64,000 bases of DNA from Candidatus Poribacteria bacterium (GTDB lineage: Bacteria; Poribacteria; WGA-4E; PCPOR2b). Every line of letters starts with the position of its first letter. Position 1 is the stretch's first letter. Position numbers and translations under genes: made by a program. The notes under the pieces were generated by a model. It had not been told where the DNA came from and ran no database searches. It saw nothing but the letters and a program-made list of their open reading frames with translations. Below are positions 29,762 through 40,632 of this stretch, piece by piece. The DNA lies in assembly GCA_965208675.1 (NCBI GenBank), contig OZ242351.1, positions 4,096,001 through 4,160,000 of the forward strand, given 5' to 3'.

Positions 29762-30691
29762 GTGTTTCGAGAGACTATCGGTCAATTCATTCCTGAACAG
29801 CGACCGACGCTGTATGTACCAAAAAACAAGGGGCTGAACGAATATGTGATTAATCTTCTCAGAGAAATTGGCGTCAGCGATGCAGGTGGGTTCAATCGGA
29901 CGGATCAGACCAAAGGCGCCATCGACATTGTGTCAGCCCGCGGAGAAGATGTACCCCAACGTGTCGATGATTGCATCCGACGTGGAGAAATCGCCTATGG
30001 CCTCACCGGAGACGATCTGTTTGACGAATATATGTTAGGCGCAAGTAATTCCCCACTTCGAGTCCTAAATACGTATGACTGGTTCGATTCGAGTGCTCAG
30101 TTTAATCGGCCTGCCTTGTGCCTGTTGAATCGCGAAGGATTAATTCCTAATTCTTCGCCGCCTGTGTCCATTGCCGTAAACAGGAAATATGAACGCTCAT
30201 CTTGCTTATACCTGTCGCAGCGGCTAAAATCAAGAGGAATTCAGTTCAGTGTTGCCGCATATGCTGGCGACACTGAGAACACTGTGGTAGAAGGTACTCA
30301 CGACTGGTGTGTTGAGGTCGTGTATCGCGGCGATAAATCACCAGATAGCGCGATGTCTAGAGCAGGTCTCAAAGTAGCCGAAGTTGTGCGGTTTAGCGAT
30401 ATCTCGTTGATTGGACGGAAAATCATCAATCCATGGGAGGAGGAGTACCGTAGAATTACCTCGGTTGCTGAGAACCCAACGGGTTCGTCTACTTCAAAGC
30501 TTTTAAGGGACAAAAATGAGGTTTGTAAGAAATTAGGTGAGGAATCCGCCGAGTTTGTGAGAGCATTTACGCAGGAGGCGGGAATGCCCGAAGAGTTTAA
30601 CGATGTCGTGTATGCGTTGATGGTTGCAGCAGCAAAACTACAAATTCCCTGGGCAGAAATTGAGGCGGACCTGAAATCTAGATGGAAATAA
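29762..30691 (+). CDS. hisG: divergent ATP phosphoribosyltransferase (short HisG-like) fused to phosphoribosyl-ATP pyrophosphatase (HisE-like)
   Basis: N-part YVPKNKGL, RGEDVP, GLTGDDLFDE, RKYE, GDTE, GLKVAEVVRFSDISLI follows the HisG motif order; C-part GSSTSKLL..EVCKKLGEESAE..EEFNDVVY matches HisE. Confidence 0.75.
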   Translation: MFRETIGQFIPEQRPTLYVPKNKGLNEYVINLLREIGVSDAGGFNRTDQTKGAIDIVSARGEDVPQRVDDCIRRGEIAYGLTGDDLFDEYMLGASNSPLRVLNTYDWFDSSAQFNRPALCLLNREGLIPNSSPPVSIAVNRKYERSSCLYLSQRLKSRGIQFSVAAYAGDTENTVVEGTHDWCVEVVYRGDKSPDSAMSRAGLKVAEVVRFSDISLIGRKIINPWEEEYRRITSVAENPTGSSTSKLLRDKNEVCKKLGEESAEFVRAFTQEAGMPEEFNDVVYALMVAAAKLQIPWAEIEADLKSRWK

Positions 30692-30903
30692 GCTGTTTGT
30701 CTATTGATTGTAACAGGAAAATACATTGTGCTGTCAGAGTTTAGCAATATCGTGCCTTGGTCTTCAGCGGCGTCTCAACTCACATCAATTGCCTCAGCGG
30801 GCGGGGCAGGTTGACTCACCTACGATGCGTTGCAAGCCGTTGTCCATCTTCGTGAAATACGTACAGCGACTGTCATTAGAGACGGTCAATCGTAAGGAGA
30901 AAT

Positions 30904-31275
30904 ATGGAATTAGGTGCATTTTCAGTAAGTCTGAATGTCAAAGATATTCAAATTTCAAAGTCTTTCTATGAGAATCTTGGATTTCAGGTTTTTGGCGGCG
31001 ATGTATCCCAGAATTGGCTGATTATGAAAAATCGTAGTTGCACAATTGGGTTGTTTCAAGGAATGTTCGATAAGAACATTCTCACATTCAATCCCGGTTG
31101 GGATGAAAACGCCTCTGAACTAGATTCATTTACTGACGTAAGGGAGCTCCAACGGCAGCTTAAGGCAAATGGCATCAAAGTGGAGACTGAAGCAGATGAA
31201 GAAACTTCAGGCCCGGCAAGTTTTGTTGTGGTTGATCCGGACGGCAACCCCATTCTTGTTGATCAACATGTGTAG
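30904..31275 (+). CDS. VOC (glyoxalase/bleomycin resistance) family protein
   Basis: [18 protein letters not shown]...[13 protein letters not shown]. Confidence 0.9.
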   Translation: MELGAFSVSLNVKDIQISKSFYENLGFQVFGGDVSQNWLIMKNRSCTIGLFQGMFDKNILTFNPGWDENASELDSFTDVRELQRQLKANGIKVETEADEETSGPASFVVVDPDGNPILVDQHV

Positions 31276-31353
31276 GCCTTTGATAGACCCTCTGTTTTGT
31301 GTCATAAATGTGAATTGTAAACGACATGAGTCAGTGGGCAGGAGAATCCGACG

Positions 31354-31947
31354 GTGTACGATACACAAACCGTGATAACAGAGCCAGATGTCACGATACG
31401 TCCATTGCGGCTTAGCGACGCCGACGCAGTCCAGCGTTACGCTTCGGATGAGCGTGTAGCCGGTACGACGACTATCCCCGAACCCTATCCCGAAGATGGG
31501 GGTGAAACATTTGTCAAGCAGGCAATGGAATCGCACGCAAATGAGGAAGCGTTCTACTTTGGCATCCTTGCTGACGGCGAACTGATTGGAGCCATTGACC
31601 TTCGTTCAATTGAAAGCGAAAAGCGTACCGTCGAATGTGGTTATGCGATTGCCGCCTCCCACTGGGGCAAGGGAATTGCCACCAAAGCCGTTGCACTCGC
31701 ACTCCGCAACGCATTTTGCGAACTCAGAGTGGATATTGTTTATGCACACTGCTTGAAGCGAAACCCCGCATCCGCGCGTGTACTCAAAAAGAATGGTTTT
31801 CGGGAAACCGGGGATTTTGCGTCTAATTTACCCAAGTTCAAGGATGAGCCATCTCGCGCATTTCAACTGACAAAGCAGGAGTGGCTCGCCAATCATTCGG
31901 CTTCGCCCGTCCAGAGACAGCAAGAAGAATTCCTCAACAACAGCTAA
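31354..31947 (+). CDS. GNAT N-acetyltransferase (RimJ/RimL type)
   Basis: ECGYAI..HWGKGIAT, NPASARVLKKNGF. Confidence 0.9.
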   Translation: MYDTQTVITEPDVTIRPLRLSDADAVQRYASDERVAGTTTIPEPYPEDGGETFVKQAMESHANEEAFYFGILADGELIGAIDLRSIESEKRTVECGYAIAASHWGKGIATKAVALALRNAFCELRVDIVYAHCLKRNPASARVLKKNGFRETGDFASNLPKFKDEPSRAFQLTKQEWLANHSASPVQRQQEEFLNNS

Positions 31948-32241
31948 CACCATGTTTTCACTCCGACCGCGCGGTTACAATTGCAGTTCGGATTGCCGAC
32001 TGTTTGGACACACGAGGAAAAAACGCACGACCTTTACCAGCAAAGAACTAAATTCAACTCATCACGATTGGTAGAAAATGTTTGATGTCAAAGCTACTTT
32101 CATAGCATTTGAAGCGGCAGGAAATGACTGGTCGTTTACGTGGAGCGTGACTGCTCCATTGCTCCACGCACGGCAACCGACTTGGCGACGGGAATGGGTC
32201 GTATATGCGGCATATGGGATATTGAACGGAGGCAGTCTACG

Positions 32242-32337
32242 ATGCTTCTACAAGTCATAGTTCAAGGATACAAATCACTAGTGGATGTCGAGGTATATCT
32301 CAAACTCCGCCGGAAAGGAGCTGTTGCAGATAATTGA
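32242..32337 (+). pseudogene. possible N-terminal fragment of an AAA/ABC-type ATPase
   Basis: GGAGG RBS then MLLQVIVQGYKSLVDVEVYLK, resembling the 'I.GYKSL.DVE' start of AAA_21-type ATPases; ends before any Walker A. Confidence 0.35.
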
Positions 32338-32666
32338 TCTATCGGATGCGCATTTACAGGGCAGTTCCAGAGAACCTGCCCCAGTTTCATCGGTTCTTTT
32401 TAGAGAGATTGATGCCAATACAACTACGCCACGGTGCGAGGCTCGTTGGGCGTTGGGAAACACGAGACTGTCGTGTCGTTGCAGTTTGGGAATACGATAG
32501 CATGGAGGCGTACGAACAGATTCAGCAGTCCGTGCGCGATGATTCCGATTCAGTTGCAGCGCAAGCGCACCTAAGGACCGTACCTCCGCTGTATACAGAG
32601 CGAGAGGAAATCTTTATGACCTCTACAATCAAGGGAATTTGCTATGAATCAAATGATACAATCTGA
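32334..32666 (+). CDS. NIPSNAP family protein
   Basis: MIYRMRIY...HGARLVGRW...WEYDSMEAYE. Confidence 0.8.
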   Translation: MIYRMRIYRAVPENLPQFHRFFLERLMPIQLRHGARLVGRWETRDCRVVAVWEYDSMEAYEQIQQSVRDDSDSVAAQAHLRTVPPLYTEREEIFMTSTIKGICYESNDTI

Positions 32667-32705
32667 CGGCTTTTAATTATGCCCCGGTGACATTGGGCGT
32701 GACGG

Positions 32706-33248
32706 ATGATTAATTCAAGGAGCTATAGCGTGATTTTTCGAATTTCAACCAAAATAAGTAAGAAGATACACCTGACTCCGGACCAGACATTGCCAGTTGA
32801 CCGTAATCCATTTGCGGATTGGTCGGTTCATTTGTTCACTGTCGAACGGATTCAATACGTGCTCATCACGAATACAATCTCACTCTATTCCATGGTCATG
32901 TTCGGACGAGGACTGAAGGACGAGCAATCGTTCCGGGAGCGGGTTACAGACTATATGAGTGAATTCATTCGCACTGCCGGACATGAATCGATAGTTGAGA
33001 ATTTCATCGTCCCATCGATGGATACCGTCCGTTTTTCGAAGGCGCTAAACCGATCAGTAATCGGCTCAATGAACGACTTCATATGGCAGGCAAAGTTCCA
33101 TTTAACAGAGGACCATCTATCTCTCTTTGAAGTTGGGTTGCTCTTGAACGAAACGCCCATGTCGTATTTGAATCGTAGCGGTCCAATGGATGTCTTTCCG
33201 AAGCTTGCAATCACGGAGGCAATCGACATAACCCCTCCTGACTCCTAA
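32706..33248 (+). CDS. DUF6933-like hypothetical protein
   Basis: NPFADWSVHLF, SLYSMV, NRSVIGSMND, LNETPM motifs. Confidence 0.65.
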   Translation: MINSRSYSVIFRISTKISKKIHLTPDQTLPVDRNPFADWSVHLFTVERIQYVLITNTISLYSMVMFGRGLKDEQSFRERVTDYMSEFIRTAGHESIVENFIVPSMDTVRFSKALNRSVIGSMNDFIWQAKFHLTEDHLSLFEVGLLLNETPMSYLNRSGPMDVFPKLAITEAIDITPPDS

Positions 33249-33376
33249 CCCAGGAGGGCACACCTAGTCCATGGTTTGCGTTATGCCGTCTGCGGACGTT
33301 AAATCTTTGGGAACACCTCGAAAATCGCAGAGGAGTTTAAGCCGGCACTACGTTATCAAAAAAATGGTTCAAATTT

Positions 33377-34188
33377 ATGAAAGACTGTGTCAAAAGTCGG
33401 TCTGAAAGCAGCAATACCGCCCTCTACGATTATCCAGATTACTACGAGTTAGCATTTTCATTTCGTGACATCTCGCAGGAAGTAACATGTATTGAGCAAC
33501 TGATTGAGCGGTACGCCAAGACGCCAGTGCTGCGAGTGCTTGAGTTGGCGTGCGGTCCGAGCCCACACCTTCAGGAATTGTGCCAACGAGGTTACGAGTA
33601 TCACGGACTAGATTTGAATGAAAGAATGCTTGCTGCCGGTCGACACAAAGTCACTGAAGGTGCATGGACAACCGAATTTCACAAAGCCTCCATGATAGAC
33701 TTCAACCTGAACACAACATACCAGTTTGCTTTCGTGGCGCTCGGCTCGCTATACGCACGGAACACAGAGGAACTGTCTACTCATTTCAAATCAGTGGCAC
33801 GCGTCCTTGAGAACCTGGTGGACTCTACTTGTTGGACTGGTGTGTGCAGTTTGGACAATCGCCTGCTTTTGCAAAGGAAAGCCAGTTGTGGCGGATGGAA
33901 AGGGATGGCATTGCAATCAAAGTGAACGTCATATTGAGAGATGTAGATCCTGTTGAGCAGATTGTTCAGGAAGAGACGACCTTAAATGTGTCAGACCGCG
34001 GACAAACCTTAACGATATCTAATTGCGACCTACGTAGGGTGATTTATCCGCAGGAATTTCACCTGTTAATTGATGCTATGAATGAGTTCGAGTTTGTGGG
34101 ATGGTGGAACAATTGGGACTTGAACCAACCATTATCGCAGGTAACGGGTGAGATTAATCGGCCAATTGCGGTGGTTCGACGCGTCTAA
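33377..34188 (+). pseudogene. class I SAM-dependent methyltransferase split by a frameshift near 33810
   Basis: VLELACGPS motif in ORF 33377-33925; the expected 'VL.PGGLYLLDW' continues in another frame (CTTGAGAACCTGGTGGACTCTAC) into ORF 33829-34188. Confidence 0.8.
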
Positions 34189-34343
34189 CGGATTTGAACA
34201 ATTCAATCGCAAGAATACGGCGTCCGCCTGCCGAAAAGCCACGCTGCATCGGTTTGGTCTTCGGCAGTACCTCGACAAGATCGGAATTGCAGACAGCAAA
34301 AGCGATGGTTGCAATGTAGACCTCCGACATTCGAAGTTTATAC

Positions 34344-35270
34344 ATGAGCGACCGTTTCAACTTGGTTATCGGCGGTGCGATGGAATGCGCGGATGATGTA
34401 CGCACTGTCCTGACGAAGATGGGGCTTGACACCTCTCATCTAGGGACGGTCGAGCTTATTCGGGAAAGACATGGTAATCGCCTCTTTAGAATTGCGCTTG
34501 GAAGTGCCTCTTACGTACTAAAGGTATTCAGGAATCCGGCGACCTCAGCGGAGATAGGGGCGTATGACCTCCTGAAAAATCTTGGTGTTCCTACTCTTCA
34601 CACCATTGCGGCAACGGATGATGCGCTTCTGCTTGAAGATCTTAAAGTCAGCAGCGATTTCAGACTTGCGAGCGAGGATGATATCGAAAAGCCTGAAGTT
34701 GGCGCTGCACTAGCGCACTGGTATCGTATTCTTCACGACGCAGGCTCAAGGTTCCGGATAAGCCAGACTGAGACTACATTCTTGCGGCGTGAGATTGAGG
34801 AATTGACTCCTACGTCGATTTTGAATTTAGCCTCGAAGATTGGCGGCTCAAATCAGTCCGAGTGGAATAATCTAGCTGACAACATTGACAGAATTAAAAA
34901 CGCGGCGATGGCATCTGCCGAGACGTTGACCTACAATGACTTTCATTGGACCAATTTGGCACTGTCCCGCGCTGTGAAACCGATTGAGGCTATTGTGTTT
35001 GACTATCATCTTTTGGGTGTAGGATTGCGGTATTCGGACTACAGAAACGTGCTAAGTTCTCTTGGGAAAAATGCTGCGGCTGCATTCCGTTCTGAATTCG
35101 GTGAGACCGATCCGAGGGAGAAAGTTTTGGACGACTTGATGGCGCTTTTGAATGCTCTCGCGGTAGCCTTCCGCCGTCACAAATTCCCTTCTTGGGCGGA
35201 GGCGCCTCTCGAACTTGTAAAAACGGGGGAGATTCACAGCAGATTTAAAGCGGTCATGGAGATTCTGTAA
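34344..35270 (+). CDS. aminoglycoside phosphotransferase/choline kinase family protein
   Basis: YVLK, LLLEDL, TYNDFHWTN (Brenner-like), FDY. Confidence 0.8.
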   Translation: MSDRFNLVIGGAMECADDVRTVLTKMGLDTSHLGTVELIRERHGNRLFRIALGSASYVLKVFRNPATSAEIGAYDLLKNLGVPTLHTIAATDDALLLEDLKVSSDFRLASEDDIEKPEVGAALAHWYRILHDAGSRFRISQTETTFLRREIEELTPTSILNLASKIGGSNQSEWNNLADNIDRIKNAAMASAETLTYNDFHWTNLALSRAVKPIEAIVFDYHLLGVGLRYSDYRNVLSSLGKNAAAAFRSEFGETDPREKVLDDLMALLNALAVAFRRHKFPSWAEAPLELVKTGEIHSRFKAVMEIL

Positions 35271-35375
35271 GGGAAGCTGCCAGACTAGTTTTCTCGACAA
35301 GTGGTGATAGCGGGCTACCTGCAATTGACGCCTGTACCCACCGCATGAATTAACGAAACCATCAACTGAACTTGC

Positions 35376-36224
35376 TTGAGTGGACGGATGAGTTCTAAGC
35401 ACAGTTACTACAGTCCGGCGTGGGTAGCCGATTACTACGATGAATACGGCGAACAGGAATGCGAACGATATGATCGGAGACCTGCGAACGAGGTTAGTTT
35501 ATTCCTCCACACGCATTATCTGAAACAATTCGTAAAAACCGGTTCGCGAGTTTTGGATGTAGGCGCCGGCCCTGGGCGTTTCACCGGTATTATGGCTGAC
35601 ATGGGTTGCCGCGTTGTGGCAGCAGATATATCGCAGGTACAACTCGATTTACATCGAAAATCTGCGGAAGCGCTGGGCTTTGAAAGTGCCGTGGAGGAAC
35701 GCCTGCAACTAGATATTTGCGATATGAGTTGTCTGTCCAGCGATTCCTTTGATGCCGTTATCTGTTACGGCGGCCCTTTGAGCTATGTCTTCGACCGTGC
35801 GTCAACTGCAATGGCGGAATGTGCTCGGGTTTGCCGGAAAGGCGGCCACGTTCTAGCCAGCGTCATGTCTCTTTGGGGCGCGGCTCATCGGAACTTGGAG
35901 ATGGTGCTTTCGGTACCGCCGGAAAATAACCAGAAGATTACTGAGACCGGCGACTTAACGCCGGAGAATTGGGGTGATGTTCGCCATCGGTGCCACATGT
36001 TTCGGCCAGATGAAGTGCGGCGGATGGTGCGCCAAGCGGAGTTGGCGCTGGTTGCAATTTCCGCTTCAAACTGTGTTTCAAACTGTTGGGATAATCTACT
36101 CATTGACGTAAAGGCAGATCGAGAAAAGTGGCAGGAACTCCTCAGAATGGAGATTGCCGCTAGCAGCGAAGAGGGTTGTCTAGGCATGGGCTCCCATATC
36201 ATTGTGGTTGGGAGAAAGGAGTAG
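35376..36224 (+). CDS. class I SAM-dependent methyltransferase
   Basis: VLDVGAGPGRF, ADIS, SFDAVICYGGPLSY. Confidence 0.9.
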   Translation: MSGRMSSKHSYYSPAWVADYYDEYGEQECERYDRRPANEVSLFLHTHYLKQFVKTGSRVLDVGAGPGRFTGIMADMGCRVVAADISQVQLDLHRKSAEALGFESAVEERLQLDICDMSCLSSDSFDAVICYGGPLSYVFDRASTAMAECARVCRKGGHVLASVMSLWGAAHRNLEMVLSVPPENNQKITETGDLTPENWGDVRHRCHMFRPDEVRRMVRQAELALVAISASNCVSNCWDNLLIDVKADREKWQELLRMEIAASSEEGCLGMGSHIIVVGRKE

Positions 36225-36330
36225 GCAAGGTATAGGGATGTAATGATTTCTATTCCTGCTCATAATCCAATTCGCGCAATGGTTTCTAATTCCAAGCAAG
36301 CGGGGGCCGCCTGCATTAAGTTTAACTTGT

Positions 36331-36479
36331 TAGGAGTTACGCAGTTGAACGACTGAAGGTTTGTAGTAGGGCAATTTATTGCCCGTTTTTACATAAAACA
36401 TTTGTCAGGTCAAGGAAGTGAAAGACCTGTCGGACGCGCAATAAATTGTGCGACTACAAACTGAACTGCGTAAGTTCTA
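36331..36479. mobile_element. MITE-like element with TAGGA(G/C)TTACGCA-type ends enclosing an inverted GTAG-type REP pair
   Basis: Outer IR TAGGAGTTACGCAGTT / AACTGCGTAAGTTCTA; inner TTTGTAGTAGGGCAATTTATTGCCC / GCGCAATAAATTGTGCGACTACAAA; flanks CTTGT / CTTAT resemble a 5-bp duplication. Confidence 0.7.
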
Positions 36480-36520
36480 CTTATTTTAAGATGATAACTC
36501 CTGCCAAAGAGGATTTTCGG

Positions 36521-37249
36521 ATGTTAAAGCGGATTTCTACTACCGTATATATGTGGTCCGAGGGTCATGGGGCGGCTAGAAATGAACCGTATATTTGGAA
36601 CAGCTATCTCATTCAGGTGAAGGAACGGGGCGTTTTAATCCTTGTCGATCCGCTTCCACTTTCCGATGAAGAAATTCGAGAAGTTGAAGAAATCGGTGCG
36701 CCCTCTCACATTCTGCTTACATGCAACTGGCACTATCGAGAATCGGATGTATTCAGGCAAAAGTGGGGTTGTGAAGTTTACCTGCACGAAGACGGATTGA
36801 TGGACTCAGAGGTGCCAATAGATGAAACATTGCAGGATAGGGATGTGTTGTGGGACCTGATACAAGTGATTCATGTTCCGGATGTTCACTATGTCGAGGA
36901 AGTTGCGTTTCTGATTAAGGGTGATGGAAATACCATGATTGTCGGGGATTTGCTCTGCGGCGGAAGAAAAGACAGAGGTGTTCCTGACGGTGAACTTTGG
37001 ATAAATGCGCCGGAGTATATCTTGGACCTTCAAGATGCACGGAACTCCCTTCGAAAGTTGAATGAGTATTCTTTCGAGAAATTGTGTTTTGGTCACGGAA
37101 CCCCAATCACGCAAGCGGCTAACGCGGTGTTCAATGAATTTATCGAAAATGACGGCGCATGGGAGAAGTTGGAAGTTGAAAAGGTTGAGAGAGCGGGTGC
37201 TGCCTCGCGAGAATTTCTGAGGATCATGGAAACAAGAGGGTCGCGCTAA
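36521..37249 (+). CDS. MBL-fold metallo-hydrolase
   Basis: WNSYLI, ILVDP, HILLTCNWHYRES, VGDLL, FGHG; start reassigned downstream of the MITE. Confidence 0.8.
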   Translation: MLKRISTTVYMWSEGHGAARNEPYIWNSYLIQVKERGVLILVDPLPLSDEEIREVEEIGAPSHILLTCNWHYRESDVFRQKWGCEVYLHEDGLMDSEVPIDETLQDRDVLWDLIQVIHVPDVHYVEEVAFLIKGDGNTMIVGDLLCGGRKDRGVPDGELWINAPEYILDLQDARNSLRKLNEYSFEKLCFGHGTPITQAANAVFNEFIENDGAWEKLEVEKVERAGAASREFLRIMETRGSR

Positions 37250-37323
37250 GTGGTGCATCTTACACGGTTTTTTTGGGATTATTTCACGTGATTGACGTGC
37301 ATGCGCTTTAATTTTACGCTATT

Positions 37324-38046
37324 ATGGAGAAAATCTACGGCAAACATTCAGTAAATGCGGTTTTCCATACGCGCCCCCGCGCTGTTCGACGCATTATTCT
37401 TCTTGACGGTAGAAAGTCCTCGCTCAACGAAGAGTATATAGAACATGCACACCGCCACAGTATTCAACCTGAGATATTGCCGCGGGAAAAATTCTTGCGC
37501 GCTACAGAATTAACTGAAGACGACAAACATCAAGGTATTTGCATTTTTGCCGAGCCGCGGACGATTTACGGCGAGAAAGATTTGGAAATCCTTCGAGAAG
37601 GTCGGGTTATTCTTGCTCTTGACCAAGTTTCCAACCCTCAAAACTTAGGCACAATGCTACGGAATGCGGCATTTTTCGGTGCAGACGCGGTCATTTTATT
37701 GCGGAATCGTTCAACAGATATTACTCCGACCGTAACGCGAGTCGCGGTTGGCGCTGCGGAATTCGTGAAGATTTTCAAGGTAATAAACTTAGCGAGAAGT
37801 TTGGACGCACTAAAAAAAATCGGATTTTGGGTGTACGGCTTGGACGAAAGCGGTCAGAAAACTCTCGCAGAGACGGATTTTGATGAAAAAACAGTTTTCG
37901 TCGTCGGCGCAGAGGGAGAAGGACTTCGTCTCCGAACAAAGAAGTTTTGCGACGAACTTGTGCGTATCCCGGGCGGACAGCATGGCATAGAAAGTTTGAA
38001 TGCGGGAGTTGCTACGGCCGTGGCACTGGCGGAGTTTTTTCGCTAA
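37324..38046 (+). CDS. rlmB: 23S rRNA (guanosine-2'-O)-methyltransferase RlmB/TrmH family
   Basis: IYGKHSV, HQGI, LDQVSNPQNLGTMLR, VGAEGEGLR, ESLNAGVA SPOUT motifs. Confidence 0.88.
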   Translation: MEKIYGKHSVNAVFHTRPRAVRRIILLDGRKSSLNEEYIEHAHRHSIQPEILPREKFLRATELTEDDKHQGICIFAEPRTIYGEKDLEILREGRVILALDQVSNPQNLGTMLRNAAFFGADAVILLRNRSTDITPTVTRVAVGAAEFVKIFKVINLARSLDALKKIGFWVYGLDESGQKTLAETDFDEKTVFVVGAEGEGLRLRTKKFCDELVRIPGGQHGIESLNAGVATAVALAEFFR

Positions 38047-38170
38047 ATGAATGAATCATTCGAATGCGGCATTCTATCAAGCTGATTCTCGGAATTGATG
38101 GTTGCCAACCGTGGCTGGAGGATGGCTCGCCCATTCATAGAAGCATAGGATTAGAAGGGGGATAACGACT

Positions 38171-39904
38171 GTGAAAGATACTCTTCGGGGAAAAGATTCT
38201 TCCAGCGGCGATTCGCCGATGGACGCGGAAAGTATCTGCCAAGCAGCGCAGGCGGGTGACCTTCAGCGGGTTAAGGAGATACTCGCTGTCAAACCTGAAT
38301 TAGCCACGCAGGATCTCGGCTCAAATAATGAGCACCAGCCCATCCATTTTGCGGCGGAAGAAGGTCACGCTGAAATCGTGCGTGAGTTACTGGAAGCTGG
38401 CGCCGATCCGCACAATGGTATTTATCCGCACCGTGAGGCGACGAGTGCGCTGACCATGGCGACAGACCGCGGGCACACCTCCGTCATTGCGGTCATTGAG
38501 GCGTGGCTCAATGAACAGCATGGAACGACACCAAAGGGTGAAGCCTTTGCCCAGGCCGCGGCGCGCGGCGATATTGAACGTGTCCGCTCAATGCTTGACG
38601 AGGATGCCGAGCTAATCAATGCAACTGACATGGGCGGAGGAACTACGCTTTTCAGAGCGGTACATAGGGCTGATTTGCCGCTATTGCTTGAGTTGCTAGA
38701 CCGTGGTGCCGACGTAGACTATCGTGCCGCGGATGGGAGCCGGCCTATTCACCATTGCCTCGCGCACAGTTGGAAGGTGCCTGACGAGATGTACAAAACC
38801 TATGTGCTTATTGCGGGTGCGTTGATTGCCCGAGGCGCAGCGTATACCCTCTGGGTCGCCTGCGGCATTGGCGATGTTGAAGGTGTTAAACGAATATTGG
38901 ACGCGTGCGAGGACAGAAGCTCATTGTGCAAGAGTCGTCAGCCGTTTTGGACCGACTATGAAAACCCGCTTGTCGTTGCCTGTTTTCAAGGACATGCAGC
39001 AGTCGTCCAGTTGCTCATCGACGCTGGTGTGGATCCAGATTCGCCATTTGAAATCGACGTCGCCGGCGAGAAGGTAAAGCAATGGGGCCATCCGCTCTGG
39101 ATTGCGGCGAACCGTGGGCATTACGATGTTGTAAAATTGCTCCTTGAACGGGGCGCAAACCCGAACACGGCGGTCTATGCCGCCGGTAACGCTGTTTGTT
39201 GGGCATATCAATACGGGCACAAGCGTGTTGCCGATTTGATGTTTCAGCACGGTGCGGTCGCGGATCTGTTGAGTTATTGCCTGACAAACAATCTTCCTGC
39301 CATCTCGGAGATTCTTCATCGGGACACATCAGCACGCAACGGAATTCTGTGGGACGCAATTCTGGCGGGCAATGTTGATGTGGTTGCGATGGCACTGCGC
39401 GATAACCCACCGCATGATGAAGCAAACGGATTCAAGCTGTTAGAAGCGGCGGTACGCGGCTGGCGGCTAGGGGACCTGAAAATCAGCAACGAGGGATTCG
39501 ACCGCCGCAATGCCGTCACAATACTAGGTATGCTGCTTGAACATGGTGTGAACCCGAATCTGAGAAACCCACGAGATGAACGGTTCAATTTTACGATTTT
39601 GCATCATCTTGCGGGTAAAAGCTGCAACTCCCGAACATACGGGCATACGGAGGACGAGGTCGTTGAATTCGCTCGTCTGCTGCTTGACTACGGCGCCGAT
39701 GTCAATGCCATAGAAAACAAACTCAAGTCAACCCCGCTGGGTTGGGCAGCCCGTTTCGGATGCCAGAAGTTGGCTGCGTTCCTGCTTGACCGCGGCGCGG
39801 ACCCCAATCTAGCCGACGCGCCGTGGGCGACACCAACGGCTTGGGCGAAGAGAGAGGGACATGCCGCAATTGCCATGACTCTTCACGAACGTGGCGCAGC
39901 ATAG
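38171..39904 (+). CDS. ankyrin repeat protein
   Basis: Many PIHFAA..GH.EIV..LL..GADP-type repeats along the whole length. Confidence 0.9.
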   Translation: MKDTLRGKDSSSGDSPMDAESICQAAQAGDLQRVKEILAVKPELATQDLGSNNEHQPIHFAAEEGHAEIVRELLEAGADPHNGIYPHREATSALTMATDRGHTSVIAVIEAWLNEQHGTTPKGEAFAQAAARGDIERVRSMLDEDAELINATDMGGGTTLFRAVHRADLPLLLELLDRGADVDYRAADGSRPIHHCLAHSWKVPDEMYKTYVLIAGALIARGAAYTLWVACGIGDVEGVKRILDACEDRSSLCKSRQPFWTDYENPLVVACFQGHAAVVQLLIDAGVDPDSPFEIDVAGEKVKQWGHPLWIAANRGHYDVVKLLLERGANPNTAVYAAGNAVCWAYQYGHKRVADLMFQHGAVADLLSYCLTNNLPAISEILHRDTSARNGILWDAILAGNVDVVAMALRDNPPHDEANGFKLLEAAVRGWRLGDLKISNEGFDRRNAVTILGMLLEHGVNPNLRNPRDERFNFTILHHLAGKSCNSRTYGHTEDEVVEFARLLLDYGADVNAIENKLKSTPLGWAARFGCQKLAAFLLDRGADPNLADAPWATPTAWAKREGHAAIAMTLHERGAA

Positions 39905-40079
39905 TGCGTTCAAAGCTAGACGCCAAAGGATTTTGCAAAATAGTTTGCGGAATACCGATTGACTAAATCTAACTCGCAACGATGTTCCCTGCATCGGGAT
40001 GTATTAGCCCTTCGTTCAACGGCTCACGGCTCGGGCATAACCAAGTGATACCGTGGCTGTTACGATTGGTAATGTGCAT

Positions 40080-40197
40080 TATACTCACTTAGGTTCGTAT
40101 TTACACAAGGAGGGATTGACTGATTGATAATCGAGGCTAAGAAGCCTCTCCCACAAACCAATGAGTAAATGCACAATTTCTAGTTGCAATGACTATA
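40080..40197. mobile_element. degenerate MITE/REP-carrying repeat, second copy at 61918-62163
   Basis: Shares TTTACACAAGGAGG..AATCGAGGCTA.GAAGCCTCTCC.ACA.ACCAATGA.TAAATG with 61938-62009; ends TATACTCACT / AATGACTATA are imperfect inverted repeats. Confidence 0.6.
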
Positions 40198-40541
40198 GTA
40201 TAGACTCGATAGTAAAGGTGATAATTGACAGACCGATGGGATCTCGGCATCCCAATCACGGCTTTATCTATCCCGTGAACTACGGGTATGTTCCCGGAAC
40301 ACTCGCTGGGGATGGAGAGGAGGTCGACGCCTACATTCTAGGCGAGTTTGAACCGCTGGATTCGTTCGTGGGTAACGTTATTGGGCTTATCGTCCGCAAT
40401 GATGACGACGAGAATAAGTTAGTTGTCTCTAGATATGTGGACCGATATGGAGCAGATGCGATTAAGGCATTGACGGAATTCCAAGAGCGCTTTTTCGATT
40501 CCCACGTGATTTCATTTGTTGAGAAGCCTGCAACGGGATGA
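40161..40541 (+). CDS. small inorganic pyrophosphatase family protein
   Basis: IDRPMGSRHP..YPVNYGYVPGTLAGDGEEVDAY; the first ~12 codons lie inside the repeat element. Confidence 0.85.
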   Translation: MSKCTISSCNDYSIDSIVKVIIDRPMGSRHPNHGFIYPVNYGYVPGTLAGDGEEVDAYILGEFEPLDSFVGNVIGLIVRNDDDENKLVVSRYVDRYGADAIKALTEFQERFFDSHVISFVEKPATG

Positions 40542-40632
40542 TTTTGCACCTGTGTTTAACGTTTCTTAGGTAAGCAGAAAAAGAAATCCTCGCGCGTATC
40601 CTGTACAGGTGCTTTCTTCACGAGGCACATAG

